39,911 nt of DNA from Anaerolineales bacterium (lineage in GTDB: Bacteria > Chloroflexota > Anaerolineae > Anaerolineales > UBA4823), in assembly GCA_014859065.1 (NCBI GenBank), contig JACUUU010000002.1:1-39911 (forward strand), read 5' to 3'. The notes beneath the pieces were generated by a model. It had not been told where the DNA came from and made no database searches. It was given only the letters and a program-made list of their open reading frames with translations. Below, in pieces: positions 9,521 to 18,681 of this stretch. Each line of letters begins with the position of its first letter. Within the stretch, counting starts at the first letter, position 1. A program made the translations under genes and the position numbers.

Positions 9521-10468
9521 TCAATCCCTTAAAACTCTTCCTGTCAAGTGCAAGAAGACTGACTCCAAATTTGGTTCCTCTATGTCAACCGAGCGGAGGT
9601 GTAATCCAGCCTGGTGGATTGTGACCATAATGTCTGGCAAAATAGCTTCAGCCTCCTCAACGGTCAACACAATTTGTCCATTGGTTGTAGTCGCCAGCAA
9701 TACTCCACTTACATCTTTGAACAGGGGAAGCAAATTTTCGTTCGATTGCTCCTCACCGAAGTAGAGCCGCAGGGTTTGCTGATCACCCACTAACCTGGTA
9801 AGTTCCTTCAATGTTCCCAGGGCAATCAGCTTGCCGTGGTCAATAATGCCAACCCGGTCAGAAAGCTCAGCCGCCTCTTCCATATAGTGAGTGGTGTATA
9901 GCACAGTCATACCTTGAACCTGGAGTTCTTTGACCATGTCCAGGATTTTGCGCCGGCTTTGCGGATCGATTCCCACTGTCGGTTCATCCATGAAAACCAA
10001 TTGGGGCTTATGCAGTAATCCCACTGCGATATTAAGACGACGCTTCATTCCCCCTGAGTATTTTTCCACCCGGTCGCCGCCCCTTTCTACCAGGCCAACT
10101 TGTTCGAGTACTTCATCGACCCTTTTTTGAAGGATATTGCCACCCAATCCTTGCATACGCCCCCAAAAGGTAAGGTTTTGACGACCGGTCAGTGGTGGAT
10201 AAAGTGCTAATTCCTGAGGAACAATTCCAATCAAACGTTTTACAGCCATTTGGTCTTTATTGATCGAGTAGCCTCCAATCTCAGCATCACCATCAGTTGG
10301 CTTAAGTAAACAGCTCAACATGGAAATTGTGGTGGTTTTCCCAGCCCCGTTAGGACCAAGCAAGGAGAAGATCTCTCCACGACGCACAGAAAATGAGATA
10401 CCTTTGACAGCTTCCAGGCTGCCGTAGGACTTTCTTAAGTCTTTAGTTATTAGGATAGGTTGCGTCAT
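9521..10468 (-). CDS. ABC transporter ATP-binding protein (ABC-2/DrrA-like, with C-terminal extension)
   Basis: Walker A GPNGAGKTT, signature YSGGMKRRL, Walker B LVFMDEPTVGIDP. The extra ~90-aa C-terminal domain is typical of ABC-2 ATPases. GAGGGA site 6 nt upstream of the ATG. Confidence 0.9.
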   Translation of the reverse strand: MTQPILITKDLRKSYGSLEAVKGISFSVRRGEIFSLLGPNGAGKTTTISMLSCLLKPTDGDAEIGGYSINKDQMAVKRLIGIVPQELALYPPLTGRQNLTFWGRMQGLGGNILQKRVDEVLEQVGLVERGGDRVEKYSGGMKRRLNIAVGLLHKPQLVFMDEPTVGIDPQSRRKILDMVKELQVQGMTVLYTTHYMEEAAELSDRVGIIDHGKLIALGTLKELTRLVGDQQTLRLYFGEEQSNENLLPLFKDVSGVLLATTTNGQIVLTVEEAEAILPDIMVTIHQAGLHLRSVDIEEPNLESVFLHLTGRVLRD

Positions 10469-10551
10469 TCTTTTTCCCTCGATTCGAGTTAACTATTGAT
10501 TGTATTCAGGGTAAATTTACGCCCAAATCGATGAAATTTGAAGTGCATAAA

Positions 10552-10584
10552 GTCACACCTGCAGGTCATACCTACGAGTATGAC
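10552..10584. promoter_or_regulatory. Candidate operator: GTCAnA half-sites including a 7-bp inverted repeat GTCATAC-N6-GTATGAC
   Basis: GTCACA at 10552-10557, GTCATAC at 10565-10571 and its exact reverse complement GTATGAC at 10578-10584. The sites lie in the 151-nt gap between the response regulator stop and the ABC ATPase start. No U-tract follows, so an intrinsic terminator is less likely. Confidence 0.3.
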
Positions 10585-10619
10585 TATATAGATTGAAATT
10601 ATTACCACAGGAAAAGAAA

Positions 10620-11288
10620 CTAATTATTCAGTAAACCTAAGTCCCGAGCTTTTAATGCTGCCTGCGTCCGGTCTTTGACCCCCATCTTGGCAAAAATACT
10701 GGATATGTGATTCTTTACTGTTCCCTCGGCGATCACAAGTTCTCCGGCTATCTGCTTGTTGCTGGCTCCTCTGGCAATCAAACGCAGGATTTCCAATTCG
10801 CGCTTTGAAAGCGGTTCAATTAACGATTCAGGCTTAATTGGGGTCAAATCTGCCAGACGAGAAAACTCAGCCACTACCTTCGCTGCCACTGATGGGAGCA
10901 AAAAGGATTCTCCTTTTGCTGCAGCTCTAATCGCTTCAAATAATTTTTGTGAAGCAGCATCTTTAAGCAAATATCCTACCGCACCAGCTCGCAAACCTTC
11001 AAACACATATTCATCATCGTCGAAGGTAGTTAACACAATCACCCGGCAATCAGGTTTAGATGCTCTCAGACGACGGGTAGCTGCAACGCCATCCAATATT
11101 GGCATGCGTACATCCATCAAAATCACATCAGGATTTAGTGAGACAGCCATCCTAATAGCCTCTTCACCATTACTGGCTTCTCCAATTACCTCGAAATCGG
11201 ACTGCACCGAGAGAAGCGTGTTCAATCCTTCTCGGAATAAAGCTTGATCATCAACGATCAGTATTCGAATCGGATTCATTGAACTCAT
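10620..11288 (-). CDS. LuxR/NarL-family response regulator
   Basis: Receiver domain (IRILIVDDQ...DVILMDVRMP) plus a C-terminal LuxR HTH (LSKRELEILRLIARGASNKQIA). The start is set at the internal ATG (MSSMNPIRIL). The ORF-track N-terminal extension to 11444 overlaps the kinase and lacks receiver homology. Confidence 0.85.
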   Translation of the reverse strand: MSSMNPIRILIVDDQALFREGLNTLLSVQSDFEVIGEASNGEEAIRMAVSLNPDVILMDVRMPILDGVAATRRLRASKPDCRVIVLTTFDDDEYVFEGLRAGAVGYLLKDAASQKLFEAIRAAAKGESFLLPSVAAKVVAEFSRLADLTPIKPESLIEPLSKRELEILRLIARGASNKQIAGELVIAEGTVKNHISSIFAKMGVKDRTQAALKARDLGLLNN

Positions 11289-12522
11289 CTGGAATTTCCA
11301 CTTGCAATTTAAAACCTTCTTGTGGGGAGGTCTGTATAGAGAGTGAGCCTCCGAGAAGCTGGATACGCTCGCGTAAACCAAATAATCCAAAGCCTCCTTT
11401 TTCATCGCCAGTTTCGATCTGTGCGAAGGTGCTACCAATCCCATTATCTTGAATAGTTAAACTGGTTAAATCCACCTCGTATTCTAATGTTAGATCGACT
11501 CTGCTCGCTAAGGCATGTTTACTCACATTGGTAAGACCTTCCTGCGCTGCACGAAATAGTGCCATTTCAACTTGAGGGGATAGTTGGCGGGGATTCCCAA
11601 TGATCTTGACATCGCTAACCAATCCAGATACACGCATCTCCTCCACCATTTCATTAAATAATTCCCCTAATGGCTTATTGAAACGCTGATCACCTCTCAA
11701 AGCAGCAACCGACCGACGGATTTCATTCAGGGCATCCTGGTTCAATGCTAGAGCTTTACTTAAGGATTTTTCAGCCCGTTTCTTGTCTTGATTTAGAAGT
11801 GCTTTAGCAGCTTTTATATGAATATTTATCGTGGTCAGATAATGCCCCAAACCATCATGAATCTCACGTGCTAACCGGTTGCGCTCATGAAACGCTGCTA
11901 ATTCCTCAACCTTTATTGTATACTCACGAAGTTTTTGGTTTGCTGCATCCAGTTGTTCAGCCAAGTTTTCCACTTCCAATCGGGATTTTCTCTCATCCAT
12001 GGCGATTTTTGTGAACATGATTACAAATGCAATCGCCGCCGAGAAAGCAATCGTGGTCTGAATAACCGTTCGCCATTCGTTTGTAAGCAACCAGAAGGTG
12101 ATCAAAAATAATACCAAAATAATTCCATTTACCAACAGGATACCAATGCGGTTAAGATAAACTACAGATTGCCCGGTCAAAAATAAGACCAGCAACCAGG
12201 CATTTCCCTGGGACAAATAAAGAATTAGCGCAACAATGGCTAATTGAATCGAGAAGTATGCAGTTTTCGAGATATTCGAATTAAACTTATCGAAAATCGT
12301 CTCATCTAGATATCCAAAAAGCGTAAAAATAACCCCTAGAACTAGAATGAGTACAATTTCATATAGAGTAAAAGGGTCTGGCCGTATGACAAATGTAGAG
12401 ATTAATGCAGCTGCAACCAGAATAAATAATATAATTTTTCCAGTTTTTTCGTGTACAGCTGATGTTGTTGCTGATTTCATGTTTAGGAGTATCTCATATG
12501 AATCGCGAGCAGGCAAGAGCAT
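11251..12522 (-). CDS. Sensor histidine kinase, HisKA_3 type, polytopic N-terminal membrane domain
   Basis: H-box REIHDGLGHYLT, a HATPase_c region (DNGIGS...GGFGLFGLRERI), and about 5 N-terminal TM segments with no large extracytoplasmic loop. The start is set at ATG 12522, which has AAGGAG 8 nt upstream; the ORF-track start is 12627. Confidence 0.85.
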   Translation of the reverse strand: MLLPARDSYEILLNMKSATTSAVHEKTGKIILFILVAAALISTFVIRPDPFTLYEIVLILVLGVIFTLFGYLDETIFDKFNSNISKTAYFSIQLAIVALILYLSQGNAWLLVLFLTGQSVVYLNRIGILLVNGIILVLFLITFWLLTNEWRTVIQTTIAFSAAIAFVIMFTKIAMDERKSRLEVENLAEQLDAANQKLREYTIKVEELAAFHERNRLAREIHDGLGHYLTTINIHIKAAKALLNQDKKRAEKSLSKALALNQDALNEIRRSVAALRGDQRFNKPLGELFNEMVEEMRVSGLVSDVKIIGNPRQLSPQVEMALFRAAQEGLTNVSKHALASRVDLTLEYEVDLTSLTIQDNGIGSTFAQIETGDEKGGFGLFGLRERIQLLGGSLSIQTSPQEGFKLQVEIPDEFNESDSNTDR

Positions 12523-12620
12523 ATAATGGGCTTCTCCTTTGAAGTTATTAAGAACGTGAAACTGGAAGATTGGAGTGCGGATTAATCTGTGTGTGGTATC
12601 ATCAAAAAGAATAAGCAACC

Positions 12621-12910
12621 ATGCCAATCAAGCGATGCAGCAGCCCTATATATGACTTTGACCCGTTCACTGCTTTTAGCTGAAGCTCGCCGTGAGAGAT
12701 CGCCTGCACCTCTTCACCGATGGCTTATGCGATGTGCTCAATTCTGCTGGAGATCTGTTCGGTCGCCCTCGGTTAAAATCGTTGATTAAAAGTTCTAAAG
12801 GCTTCGAAATAAAAGAAATGTGCGATCACGTTATTAATGAATTAACCAAATATCGGGGCAATGTCGAGCAATTTGATGATATGGCATTGTTGATATTAGA
12901 TGTATTATAG
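12621..12910 (+). pseudogene. Truncated, frameshifted remnant of a PP2C/SpoIIE-family serine phosphatase (C-terminal ~90 aa only)
   Basis: The 12692..12910 frame encodes RDRLHLFTDGLCDVLNSAGDLFG...VEQFDDMALLILDV, which matches the C-terminal SpoIIE/RsbU pattern (GD.l.lyTDG...G..fG...l.......qtDDit.l). A TAG lies in frame at 12677-12679. A possible further upstream piece (PIYDFDPFTAF) sits in another frame. The metal-binding N-terminal part of the domain is absent. Confidence 0.5.
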
Positions 12911-12952
12911 TTCCTGTGTGAATTGTTTATAGATAAGTTGGAAGGGTTAATA

Positions 12953-13330
12953 TTGATCGAAAATAAAAAATCACCAAGAATAATCAAGACATCTTGGGGG
13001 CAGATCTTTGTCGAAGGCAAATCCAACCCATTTAAAGATGTTAAATTGTATCCAGGTGGCTGCCGAGAATGGGATTGGCGAGAAACGGGGACAGATCATA
13101 AACCTGGCATCCAGCCAGCTGATGTCGAGGAGCTGCTCGAGAAGGGATCTCAAATCATCGTGCTTTCCAGAGGGGTTTACGGGCGACTAAAAGTCGCTCC
13201 TGATACTTTGGACTATCTTAGAGATCGTGGCATTAAGGTCGAAGTTTTCAAGACCCCTCAAGCAGTAAAACACTACAACCAACTAAGTGAATCAGAGAAT
13301 GTAGGTGCATTGATCCATTCAACATGCTGA
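12953..13330 (+). CDS. Mth938-like (DUF498) domain protein
   Basis: SWGQIFVEGKS..FKDVKLYPGG...W.W.ETGTDH.PGI...VEELLEKG.QIIVLSRG matches the Mth938/NDUFAF3-like family pattern. I prefer the TTG start at 12953 (GGAAGGG 6 nt upstream) over the ORF-track start at 12923. Confidence 0.65.
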   Translation: MIENKKSPRIIKTSWGQIFVEGKSNPFKDVKLYPGGCREWDWRETGTDHKPGIQPADVEELLEKGSQIIVLSRGVYGRLKVAPDTLDYLRDRGIKVEVFKTPQAVKHYNQLSESENVGALIHSTC

Positions 13331-13434
13331 CCGCACATCGAAATTTATTTCTCGGGTTTTGAGAAATCACCTGATCTGGCGAAATTAGTTAAATCTAATC
13401 ACGAGTGGAAATTAATGATAAGTAATAAGTTTTC

Positions 13435-14355
13435 ATGGTAATTGGTGGGCAATCAAAGATTCAAACCTCAGCAGGAGGTTGGTTGGTAATCGCCGCAGCC
13501 ATCCTTTGGGGCACATCAGGAACTGCTCAAGCTTTCGCACCTGAAGGGACTCCCGCTGCAACAGTAGGCGCAGTTCGCCTTACAATCGGAGGGATTGCTC
13601 TCATGGCAATTGCGCTCTCCCGCGGAGTTTTCCGCGATAGCAAACCTTGGCGGCCATTCCCAACCCTAATAGCAGCGCTCAGCATCGCGCTCTACCAGCT
13701 TACATTTTTCATGGCAGTTTCATCTACCGGCGTGGCAATCGGCACGATCGTTAGCGTCGGATCCGCCCCAATCGTGGCAGGATTTCTCGGTTTTGTCATT
13801 CATGGCAACCAAATAACTAACCGATGGATTGTAGCCACTATCCTGGCTGTGGTAGGTTGTAGTGTTTTGCTTGGGTCCCAAAAAGATTTATGGATTGAAC
13901 CCAAGGGCATTCTGTTAGCTCTAATTGCTGGATCTGCTTATGCAACCTATGTTGTTGTCAGCAAACGGCTATTAGAAGAACAACCTCCTGATGCAGTTTT
14001 ATCAGTTGTCTTTTGTTTAGGTGCCCTTTTCCTTTTACCATGGTTGATAACACATGAATTAGATTGGCTAAAAGTGTCGCGTGGTTTGATTGTAGCATTA
14101 CACTTAGGTTTGATCGCTACCGCCTTATCTTATACTTTGTTCATCCGCGGATTGAAGCGAATCCCAGCAGCTTCTGCGGTGACCCTTTCACTGGCTGAAC
14201 CGTTGATGGCTTCCATACTTGGAATTTTTATTCTAGGAGAACGGTTTACAACTTCCAGTTTTATCGGAGCTATCCTGGTGTTGTCCGGATTGATCATGCT
14301 GTCTATATACCCGAGGAGGGATGCACGGATCATCAGCCCCAATAAAATTAGTTGA
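13435..14355 (+). CDS. EamA/DMT-superfamily transporter
   Basis: 306 aa with about 10 TM segments in two repeated halves. The sequence is typical of the EamA family (ILWGTSGTA... and LSLAEPLMASILGIFILGE). Confidence 0.75.
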   Translation: MVIGGQSKIQTSAGGWLVIAAAILWGTSGTAQAFAPEGTPAATVGAVRLTIGGIALMAIALSRGVFRDSKPWRPFPTLIAALSIALYQLTFFMAVSSTGVAIGTIVSVGSAPIVAGFLGFVIHGNQITNRWIVATILAVVGCSVLLGSQKDLWIEPKGILLALIAGSAYATYVVVSKRLLEEQPPDAVLSVVFCLGALFLLPWLITHELDWLKVSRGLIVALHLGLIATALSYTLFIRGLKRIPAASAVTLSLAEPLMASILGIFILGERFTTSSFIGAILVLSGLIMLSIYPRRDARIISPNKIS

Positions 14356-14400
14356 AAGCAGAACCAGTACATTGTCCAGGAAGAAAATTGATTCACAAGT

Positions 14401-16671
14401 TTATAACAGTTCTATTAACTTGTCGATCAAACCTCCTGAACCCATAGAAGCGGTAATACCGGCCATGACAACTGCTACGATTGCCATCAACTTGATCAAT
14501 ATGTTTAATGATGGCCCAGAGGTATCTTTGAAAGGATCTCCCACTGTATCACCCACTACCGTGGCTTTATGTACTTCCGATCCTTTTCCACCAAAAGCTC
14601 CTTCTTCAACGTACTTCTTAGCATTATCCCAAGCACCACCAGCGTTCGCCATCGTCAATGCCAATACAAAACCAGTTGCCAGGGCTCCCGCAAGCAGGCC
14701 AATCACTCCGGCTACCCCAAAAAGGACACCGATAACAATCGGCATTAGAATTGCGACCAACGCAGGCGCGATCATTTCACGCTGAGCTCCGCGGGTCGAA
14801 ATATATACACATCGAGCATAATCAGGTTTTGCTTTACCCTCCATAAGCCCCGGGATTGACCGGAATTGCCTGCGAACCTCCTTAACCATCTCACCGGCTG
14901 CCCGCCCTACAGCTGACATGGTCAAAGCAGAAAAGTAAAAAACCGTCATCGAGCCCAAGAATAAGCCCATAATCACAGCTGGATTCAACGGGCTGACATC
15001 ATAATAGATCGTAAAATCACGAATGGTCATTTCCCTCAGAGGGATGAGTTTTCCCATCACATCCAGTTCTTCGACTTGGAGCAGGTAGATCATTTCTAAG
15101 CGAACCTGCTCCATGAAAGCTGCTAATAAAGCCAGTGCAGTTAGAGCAGCGCTTCCAATTGCAAATCCCTTTCCAGTCGCCGCTGTCGTATTGCCAACGG
15201 CATCCAGCTGGTCAGTGCGCGTCCGAACTTCATCTGGCAAGCCAGACATCTGAGCATTACCGCCAGCATTATCAGCAATCGGTCCATAGGCATCAGTTGC
15301 CAGGGTAATCCCCAGGGTTGACAGCATGCCTACTGCAGCAAGACCGATTCCATACAATCCCATTAGGGATTCGTCCGCACCACCAGCAAGAAAATAACTA
15401 AGCGAAATCCCTAAAGCCACGACGATTACCGGAATCGATGTCGAACGCATACCTACAGCAAATCCGGCAATCAGCACGGTGGCAGGTCCACCTTCTCCTT
15501 GTGCAGCAATATTCTTAGTCGGCTCATATTCAGAGGAGGTAAAATAATCGGTTGCTCGTCCGATGATCAATCCAACCAATAATCCTATCAATATCACACT
15601 CCATATATACCAGGGACGGTCAATTTGCAGAACAAATACAATCGGAAGTGAGACCAATCCAATCCCAATTGAAGAAACAAGAATACCCCGCTCCATTGCA
15701 TTCATGATGGTTTTTATTGAACCATCGTCTTTTGTTCGCACCAGGAGAACACCAAGAATAGAGAGAAAAACTCCTGAGGCAGCCAGCACGAGAGGCAGTG
15801 ATAAATAACGCAATTGGATATCGATATCCGCTGCTCTAAGAACCATAGCTGAAACCCCAAGAACAACAGTTGCCAAAATTGAGCCCATGTATGATTCATA
15901 TAAATCAGCTCCAAGACCAGCAACATCACCAACACAGTCTCCTACATTGTCAGCGATTACAGCAGGATTGCGCGGATCATCCTCAGGTATACCAGCTTCA
16001 ACCTTACCAACCAGGTCTGCACCAACATCCGCAGCTTTTGTAAAGATCCCGCCTCCTACACGTGCGAATAAGGCAACCGCACTGGCACCAAAAACACTGC
16101 TGATCATTATTGTGGCAATTTCACGAAGCGAATCAAAACCACGATAAAATTCCATCGGGACGAGGTAGTAAAGGACAAAGAATAGGACCGAGATATTAAA
16201 TAGGGCAAACCCAACCACTGAAAAACCCATCACTGCCCCACCTCGAAACGCAACCTGTAACCCGTTATTGAGACTTTGGCTGGCGGCATGTGCTGCCCGG
16301 GCTCCAGCACTGCTCGAGGTATACATTCCAATGTACCCTGAAACGGCTGAAAATAAGCCTCCAAACAAAAAAGCGAATGGCGTTACCAAGCTAACGAGAT
16401 CAAAAAAGGACATTATGATAAATATTATAAATATCACGCCAAAAACCACGCCAATAACTCGGTACTGTCTAAAGAGGTAAGCCATCGCCCCCTCTTTTAC
16501 CGCCTGGGCAATTTCTTTCATTTGTTGGCTGCCCTCTCCTTTAGACATTACTGAGCGGTAAAAATAGAAGGCGGTAAATAAAGCCACCAGAGAGCTTAAA
16601 GGAACAAGCCACCAAATGAGAGGCAAATTAAACAGTGTAGACGTGGTCGCAAATATAAATGTTTGGATCAT
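14401..16671 (-). CDS. hppA: Membrane-bound ion-translocating pyrophosphatase
   Basis: 756 aa, polytopic, with signature motifs GGGIFTKAADVGADLVGKVE, DNVGDCVGD, GNTTAATGKGFAIGSAAL and GDTVGDPFKDTSGPS. Confidence 0.95.
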   Translation of the reverse strand: MIQTFIFATTSTLFNLPLIWWLVPLSSLVALFTAFYFYRSVMSKGEGSQQMKEIAQAVKEGAMAYLFRQYRVIGVVFGVIFIIFIIMSFFDLVSLVTPFAFLFGGLFSAVSGYIGMYTSSSAGARAAHAASQSLNNGLQVAFRGGAVMGFSVVGFALFNISVLFFVLYYLVPMEFYRGFDSLREIATIMISSVFGASAVALFARVGGGIFTKAADVGADLVGKVEAGIPEDDPRNPAVIADNVGDCVGDVAGLGADLYESYMGSILATVVLGVSAMVLRAADIDIQLRYLSLPLVLAASGVFLSILGVLLVRTKDDGSIKTIMNAMERGILVSSIGIGLVSLPIVFVLQIDRPWYIWSVILIGLLVGLIIGRATDYFTSSEYEPTKNIAAQGEGGPATVLIAGFAVGMRSTSIPVIVVALGISLSYFLAGGADESLMGLYGIGLAAVGMLSTLGITLATDAYGPIADNAGGNAQMSGLPDEVRTRTDQLDAVGNTTAATGKGFAIGSAALTALALLAAFMEQVRLEMIYLLQVEELDVMGKLIPLREMTIRDFTIYYDVSPLNPAVIMGLFLGSMTVFYFSALTMSAVGRAAGEMVKEVRRQFRSIPGLMEGKAKPDYARCVYISTRGAQREMIAPALVAILMPIVIGVLFGVAGVIGLLAGALATGFVLALTMANAGGAWDNAKKYVEEGAFGGKGSEVHKATVVGDTVGDPFKDTSGPSLNILIKLMAIVAVVMAGITASMGSGGLIDKLIELL

Positions 16672-16826
16672 TATCTCCTACCTCATTATTTATTGTTATG
16701 CAGTAACCCGTCCTGAGATTGGCCGGGAAAGGTTTGGTCTGCTTTACCCCCAGATTTTCTCGTTGGGTACTTTGATATTTAATGCACAAGCCAGATTATA
16801 ATTTTGCCTGAAAAGCCTGTCAAGCG

Positions 16827-17474
16827 ATGGTGACAGCGATGGTGAATAATGGACAAATCTTTCACCAATTAATATATTTGATTGGACAAGGAATGACAAA
16901 TTACACTGACATAATTGATGTAACCTTTTTACAACGCAATGAATTACAAAAATATCGCCGGGATATATCAAAGATTTATCAAGAGGCTTTTGCGCTGCCG
17001 CCTTACAATGAAAGTGAACGCGCAACCACCCGCTTCATTGCTGCTCTCGAACATCACATGCTTCGGCCGGGATTTCAATGTGTCGTCGCTTACCCATCTG
17101 ATCAATGTCCTCTGGTTGGGTTTGCCTTCGGTTACACAGCTCAGACAGGGCAATGGTGGCATGATATCGTCGCCTCAGCGATGCCACCCTCTCAGATTGA
17201 TCGCTGGTTGACAGATTGTTTTGAACTGGCAGAACTGGCAGTTTTACCTCCGTTTCAGGGGAGAGGTATCGGAGGCAGGCTGCATGACCACCTATTACGA
17301 AATCTCCCCCACAAGACAGCTGCCTTATCAACCCTACAAGCAGAAAGTAATGCCCTTCATCTCTACCGTAAACGCGGATGGGTGACCCTGGTCAAAGATC
17401 TTGTCTTTCCAGGTGGTGACCGCAAATACATGATATTAGGTCTTGATTTGAAAATGAAAGAAGTAGGGATTTAA
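16827..17474 (+). CDS. GNAT family N-acetyltransferase
   Basis: Acetyl-CoA binding motif LAVLPPFQGRGIGGRL. The start is uncertain: the alternative ATG at 16893 (MTNYTD...) may be the real one. Confidence 0.7.
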   Translation: MVTAMVNNGQIFHQLIYLIGQGMTNYTDIIDVTFLQRNELQKYRRDISKIYQEAFALPPYNESERATTRFIAALEHHMLRPGFQCVVAYPSDQCPLVGFAFGYTAQTGQWWHDIVASAMPPSQIDRWLTDCFELAELAVLPPFQGRGIGGRLHDHLLRNLPHKTAALSTLQAESNALHLYRKRGWVTLVKDLVFPGGDRKYMILGLDLKMKEVGI

Positions 17475-17479
17475 CGCAA

Positions 17480-18124
17480 ATGTTAACCGAAGACTATATT
17501 ATGCGCATGATTAACCTGGCTTTAGCTGTCCTGGTAAAAATCATGGGGTTCAAACAAGCTGGACGCTATCAAGAAGCCATCCAACAGATCGATCAAGCTT
17601 TAGAAATGCTATTTGGTATGCGGGCAGACTTAATCAGACGTTTGGATGACAATAGGTTACTGGATGCACTGACAGTTCAAGAAACTTTAGACATCGATCG
17701 TCTTCTTGTTGTAGCAGAATTATTTTATGAAGAAGGGGATATTCTGGTACGCCAGGATCGCAATGAAGAATCAACGTTGAGCCGACTCCGATCGTTAAAT
17801 TTTTACCTTGAAGTTGCCTTGAGTGTTGAACCAGATAGTTTTTCCGAACTAGACAATAAGATCACAGAACTATTGATACATTTAAGAGAGCATGACCTCC
17901 CCCCAGAAACCCTTTATTCACTATTTGTTTATTATGCGCACCTGGGAAAATATTCTGCAGCTGAAGAGAGATTGTACCAACTGGCTGAATCTACCAGCTC
18001 AGACGCCGACATAAACCTGGAACTCAAGGAATTTTATCAAAATCTGCTATCAAAGACCGATGAAGAGATAATCAGAGGAGGACTTACCCGAGATATAATA
18101 ATATCTCGCATGAAAGCTCTGTGA
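17480..18124 (+). CDS. Hypothetical all-helical protein (TPR-like; possibly a DUF family)
   Basis: 214-aa ORF starting 5 nt after the GNAT stop. Helical, acidic composition. The family is not confidently recognised. Confidence 0.5.
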   Translation: MLTEDYIMRMINLALAVLVKIMGFKQAGRYQEAIQQIDQALEMLFGMRADLIRRLDDNRLLDALTVQETLDIDRLLVVAELFYEEGDILVRQDRNEESTLSRLRSLNFYLEVALSVEPDSFSELDNKITELLIHLREHDLPPETLYSLFVYYAHLGKYSAAEERLYQLAESTSSDADINLELKEFYQNLLSKTDEEIIRGGLTRDIIISRMKAL

Positions 18125-18287
18125 TTTGCCCACAGGACTACCATAAAACCTGTCTCAAAACTTCTCACCAATTACCTTCTTCACCTGGAAAAAGATGTCC
18201 CATATCGTGGCTTTGTAAATTATAATAAACTCACTCAGATTGGGTGGGGACTAGTTTTATGAAATAGCGAAAGGAGGGATTTTGGCG

Positions 18288-18572
18288 ATGGCAACTTATA
18301 TCCTCTTAAGCAGCTTGACTGATGAAGGTGCTGCAACTATCAAGAAAAACCCTGAACGAATTAAAGAAGTTAATCTGGAACTGGAAAAACTAGGTGTCAA
18401 GGTGCTGCAGCAATATGCTGTCTTAGGAAAATACGACTTTGTAAATATCGTTGAAGCTCCGGATAATGCCGTTATGGCTAAAGTTTCAGTTGAGATGAGC
18501 GCGCGTGGCACCGTGCGCATCCAAACCTTATCTGCCATTCCAATTGACGATTTCATCACCAGCATAGGATAA
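18288..18572 (+). CDS. GYD domain protein
   Basis: The LGKYDFVNIVEAPD motif and the ~95-aa size fit the GYD family. I prefer the ATG at 18288 (AGGAGG about 10 nt upstream) over the TTG at 18282. Confidence 0.7.
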   Translation: MATYILLSSLTDEGAATIKKNPERIKEVNLELEKLGVKVLQQYAVLGKYDFVNIVEAPDNAVMAKVSVEMSARGTVRIQTLSAIPIDDFITSIG

Positions 18573-18581
18573 GATGTAAAC

Positions 18582-18634
18582 CCCGGTGGCACTTGTTTTA
18601 TCCCCCACCCATGATCGCCACCGGGTTACTTTTC
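18582..18634 (+). terminator. Possible terminator hairpin between convergent genes
   Basis: CCCGGTGGC (18582-18590) pairs with GCCACCGGG (18617-18625) and is followed by TTACTTTT. The 26-nt loop is long for an intrinsic terminator. Confidence 0.35.
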
Positions 18635-18681
18635 GTCTCTCGCCAATCTGAAAATTCTCACTGCTCGGTATATAAACTTGA

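Noticed and set aside
11289-11444. N-terminal extension of the response regulator ORF. There are analogous extensions for the HK to 12627, ino1 to 36409, adh to 35301, rex to 22039 and the surface protein to 6943.
   Set aside because: The extensions overlap upstream genes or lack domain homology. Internal start codons with better Shine-Dalgarno spacing give canonical N-termini.
14321-14785. Long plus-strand ORFs antisense to hppA. The same applies to 10756..11247 antisense to the RR, 18593..19108 antisense to the MFS gene, 30702..31334 antisense to M42, 3821..4259 antisense to the 168-aa ORF, and many shorter ones.
   Set aside because: These are shadow ORFs opposite genes with strong family signatures. 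Their composition is Pro/Ser/Thr/Arg-rich, as is typical of antisense frames.
16822-16845. Tandem 12-nt duplication (AAGCGATGGTGA / CAGCGATGGTGA) at the annotated GNAT start.
   Set aside because: It is a single in-frame duplication that creates two ATGs. It probably lies upstream of the true start (ATG 16893), and I can support no regulatory meaning for it.
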